Assembly (NCBI GenBank): GCA_963664705.1
Contig: OY761556.1
Location: 5,248,001-5,312,000 of the forward strand
From: Acidobacteriota bacterium
GTDB lineage: Bacteria; Acidobacteriota; UBA6911
Direction: 5' to 3'
DNA length: 64,000 nt
The notes below the pieces were generated by a model. That model worked only from the letters and a program-made list of their open reading frames with translations, was not told where the DNA came from and did not search any database. Shown here piece by piece: positions 62,765 to 64,000 of the stretch. Positions within the stretch are counted from its first letter, which is position 1. Each line of letters opens with the position of its first letter. Both the position numbers and the translations under genes were made by a program.

Positions 62765-64000
62765 TTATTCGGCCTCGGCGGGGGGCCGGTACCCGTCAAC
62801 CTCGATAAAGCCTCCGGAGATGAGAGCCGAGATGGCTTCAGCAAACGCTTTTTCCTCTATCGATTCCGGAAATACACCGTTTTGCACAAGAATCCGAAGC
62901 ACATCCCTGCCGGTAGAGATGCCATTGCAAAGGGAGAGTAGGTGCGCCATCCATGGCTGCGCCGTGCATTCCACGTCGAACGGATACTGCAATTTCAGCT
63001 GATAGCTCACAGGATTCCAGGAACCCTGCGCCAGCCGATGCAGAACTTCAAAGCTTGTGCGCCTGGAGGCATGAAGCGGTGTTTTCATTAATAGATCTGC
63101 CAGATGGTCTCCTGAAGCCTCTGTCTCCCAACGAAGCAGCCACTCCCATGGAGTGCGTGCGATGAGGCGGGATGCCCTGCGGCGTATCGTAAACGTTCTG
63201 GCCGCGGACGATCTTCGCTGAATGCACAGAAAGCCATAATTCAGCGATGTAATCCGCAGGCGGGAAAACAACTCTTTCCAGCGTTCTGATTCCTCTCGAG
63301 TGCGGATGGTGTCCCGGTGGGCTTTTAAGGCAAAGTCCAGCGGATCAAGTTCTTTCCGAACCAAAAAGGCAATATCGAACTCGCTCTGCCGGTCCCCCAG
63401 CCACTCGCGAATTCGCTGCTCCAGGGGCGCATCTGCCCGGTCGCTCCCCATCGTGAGTGCGTAGAACATCCCGCCGTCCTCCAGGTGATTGGGGAGACCC
63501 TGGACGATGCGCTGAGTGATTTCCTCTCCGTCCGTCCCGCCGCTGAAAAACACCCATCGAGGCTGCAGCGATGGGACATAGGGAGGATGGGCACAGATGA
63601 GATCAAAGCGAAGCTCCGCGAAATTCTGATATATGTCGCTTGTCACGGCCTGAAAATTATTAATTCCATTAAGCTTACGGTTAAACTCGGCAAATCGCGT
63701 TGACCGGTCCGCGATATCGCCCGACCATGCGTATGCCGCTCCCTTTCGGGCTGCCGCCAAAGCAGCGACTCCGGTTCCGGCGCACAAGTCCAGAAACCTG
63801 GCTCCCTGCCTTTCCGGCAAATGCTTTAAAAATAGACGCGTGTTTGGAATAAAAGCCGGGTATACGATGTCGGCCGGTTCGCTGAATTCGGAGGCATCCG
63901 GGTTGCTCCAACGGTCTGACGCGATATAGAGATCGGCAACCGGGTAGAGTGATACAGGACTGAAATAATCTCCCGCAGCTGTCTGCTTTAGCAAGCCCAT
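62765..64000 (-). CDS. Class I SAM-dependent methyltransferase (5' end likely outside the window)
   Basis: Motif I FLDLCAGTG; motif IV variant HPPYVP; GGTDGE. Confidence 0.85.
   Translation of the reverse strand: MGLLKQTAAGDYFSPVSLYPVADLYIASDRWSNPDASEFSEPADIVYPAFIPNTRLFLKHLPERQGARFLDLCAGTGVAALAAARKGAAYAWSGDIADRSTRFAEFNRKLNGINNFQAVTSDIYQNFAELRFDLICAHPPYVPSLQPRWVFFSGGTDGEEITQRIVQGLPNHLEDGGMFYALTMGSDRADAPLEQRIREWLGDRQSEFDIAFLVRKELDPLDFALKAHRDTIRTREESERWKELFSRLRITSLNYGFLCIQRRSSAARTFTIRRRASRLIARTPWEWLLRWETEASGDHLADLLMKTPLHASRRTSFEVLHRLAQGSWNPVSYQLKLQYPFDVECTAQPWMAHLLSLCNGISTGRDVLRILVQNGVFPESIEEKAFAEAISALISGGFIEVDGYRPPAEAE

Overview
Chromosomal origin region of a GC-rich bacterium; the gene styles suggest Acidobacteriota (inferred, not proven). 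From left to right: galU (partial), serS, three accessory genes, and the convergent purM/rnc pair, which is separated by a diverged ~240-bp triplication of both gene ends. Then come thiL-lon, nrdR, an ECF sigma/anti-sigma operon with LiaF-like membrane and DUF4097-like beta-repeat genes, hutH, a second ECF sigma with a VWA partner, aspS, ispG and a purine-salvage cluster. The core block is rpsU, gyrA-gyrB-recF-dnaN-oriC-dnaA, with a clear DnaA-box/DnaA-trio unwinding module, followed by HIT-ihfB-sppA-rpsA and an archaeal-type thymidylate synthase. The right end holds a type VI secretion locus (tssB-C-hcp-tagJ-tssA-E-F-G-H-PAAR-Ser/Thr kinase, plus a divergent orphan ORF and tssK) with no tssJ/L/M or vgrG in the window, then a partial methyltransferase. 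I saw no rRNA, tRNA, CRISPR array, transposase or integrase. All product calls come from motif recognition, not database searches.
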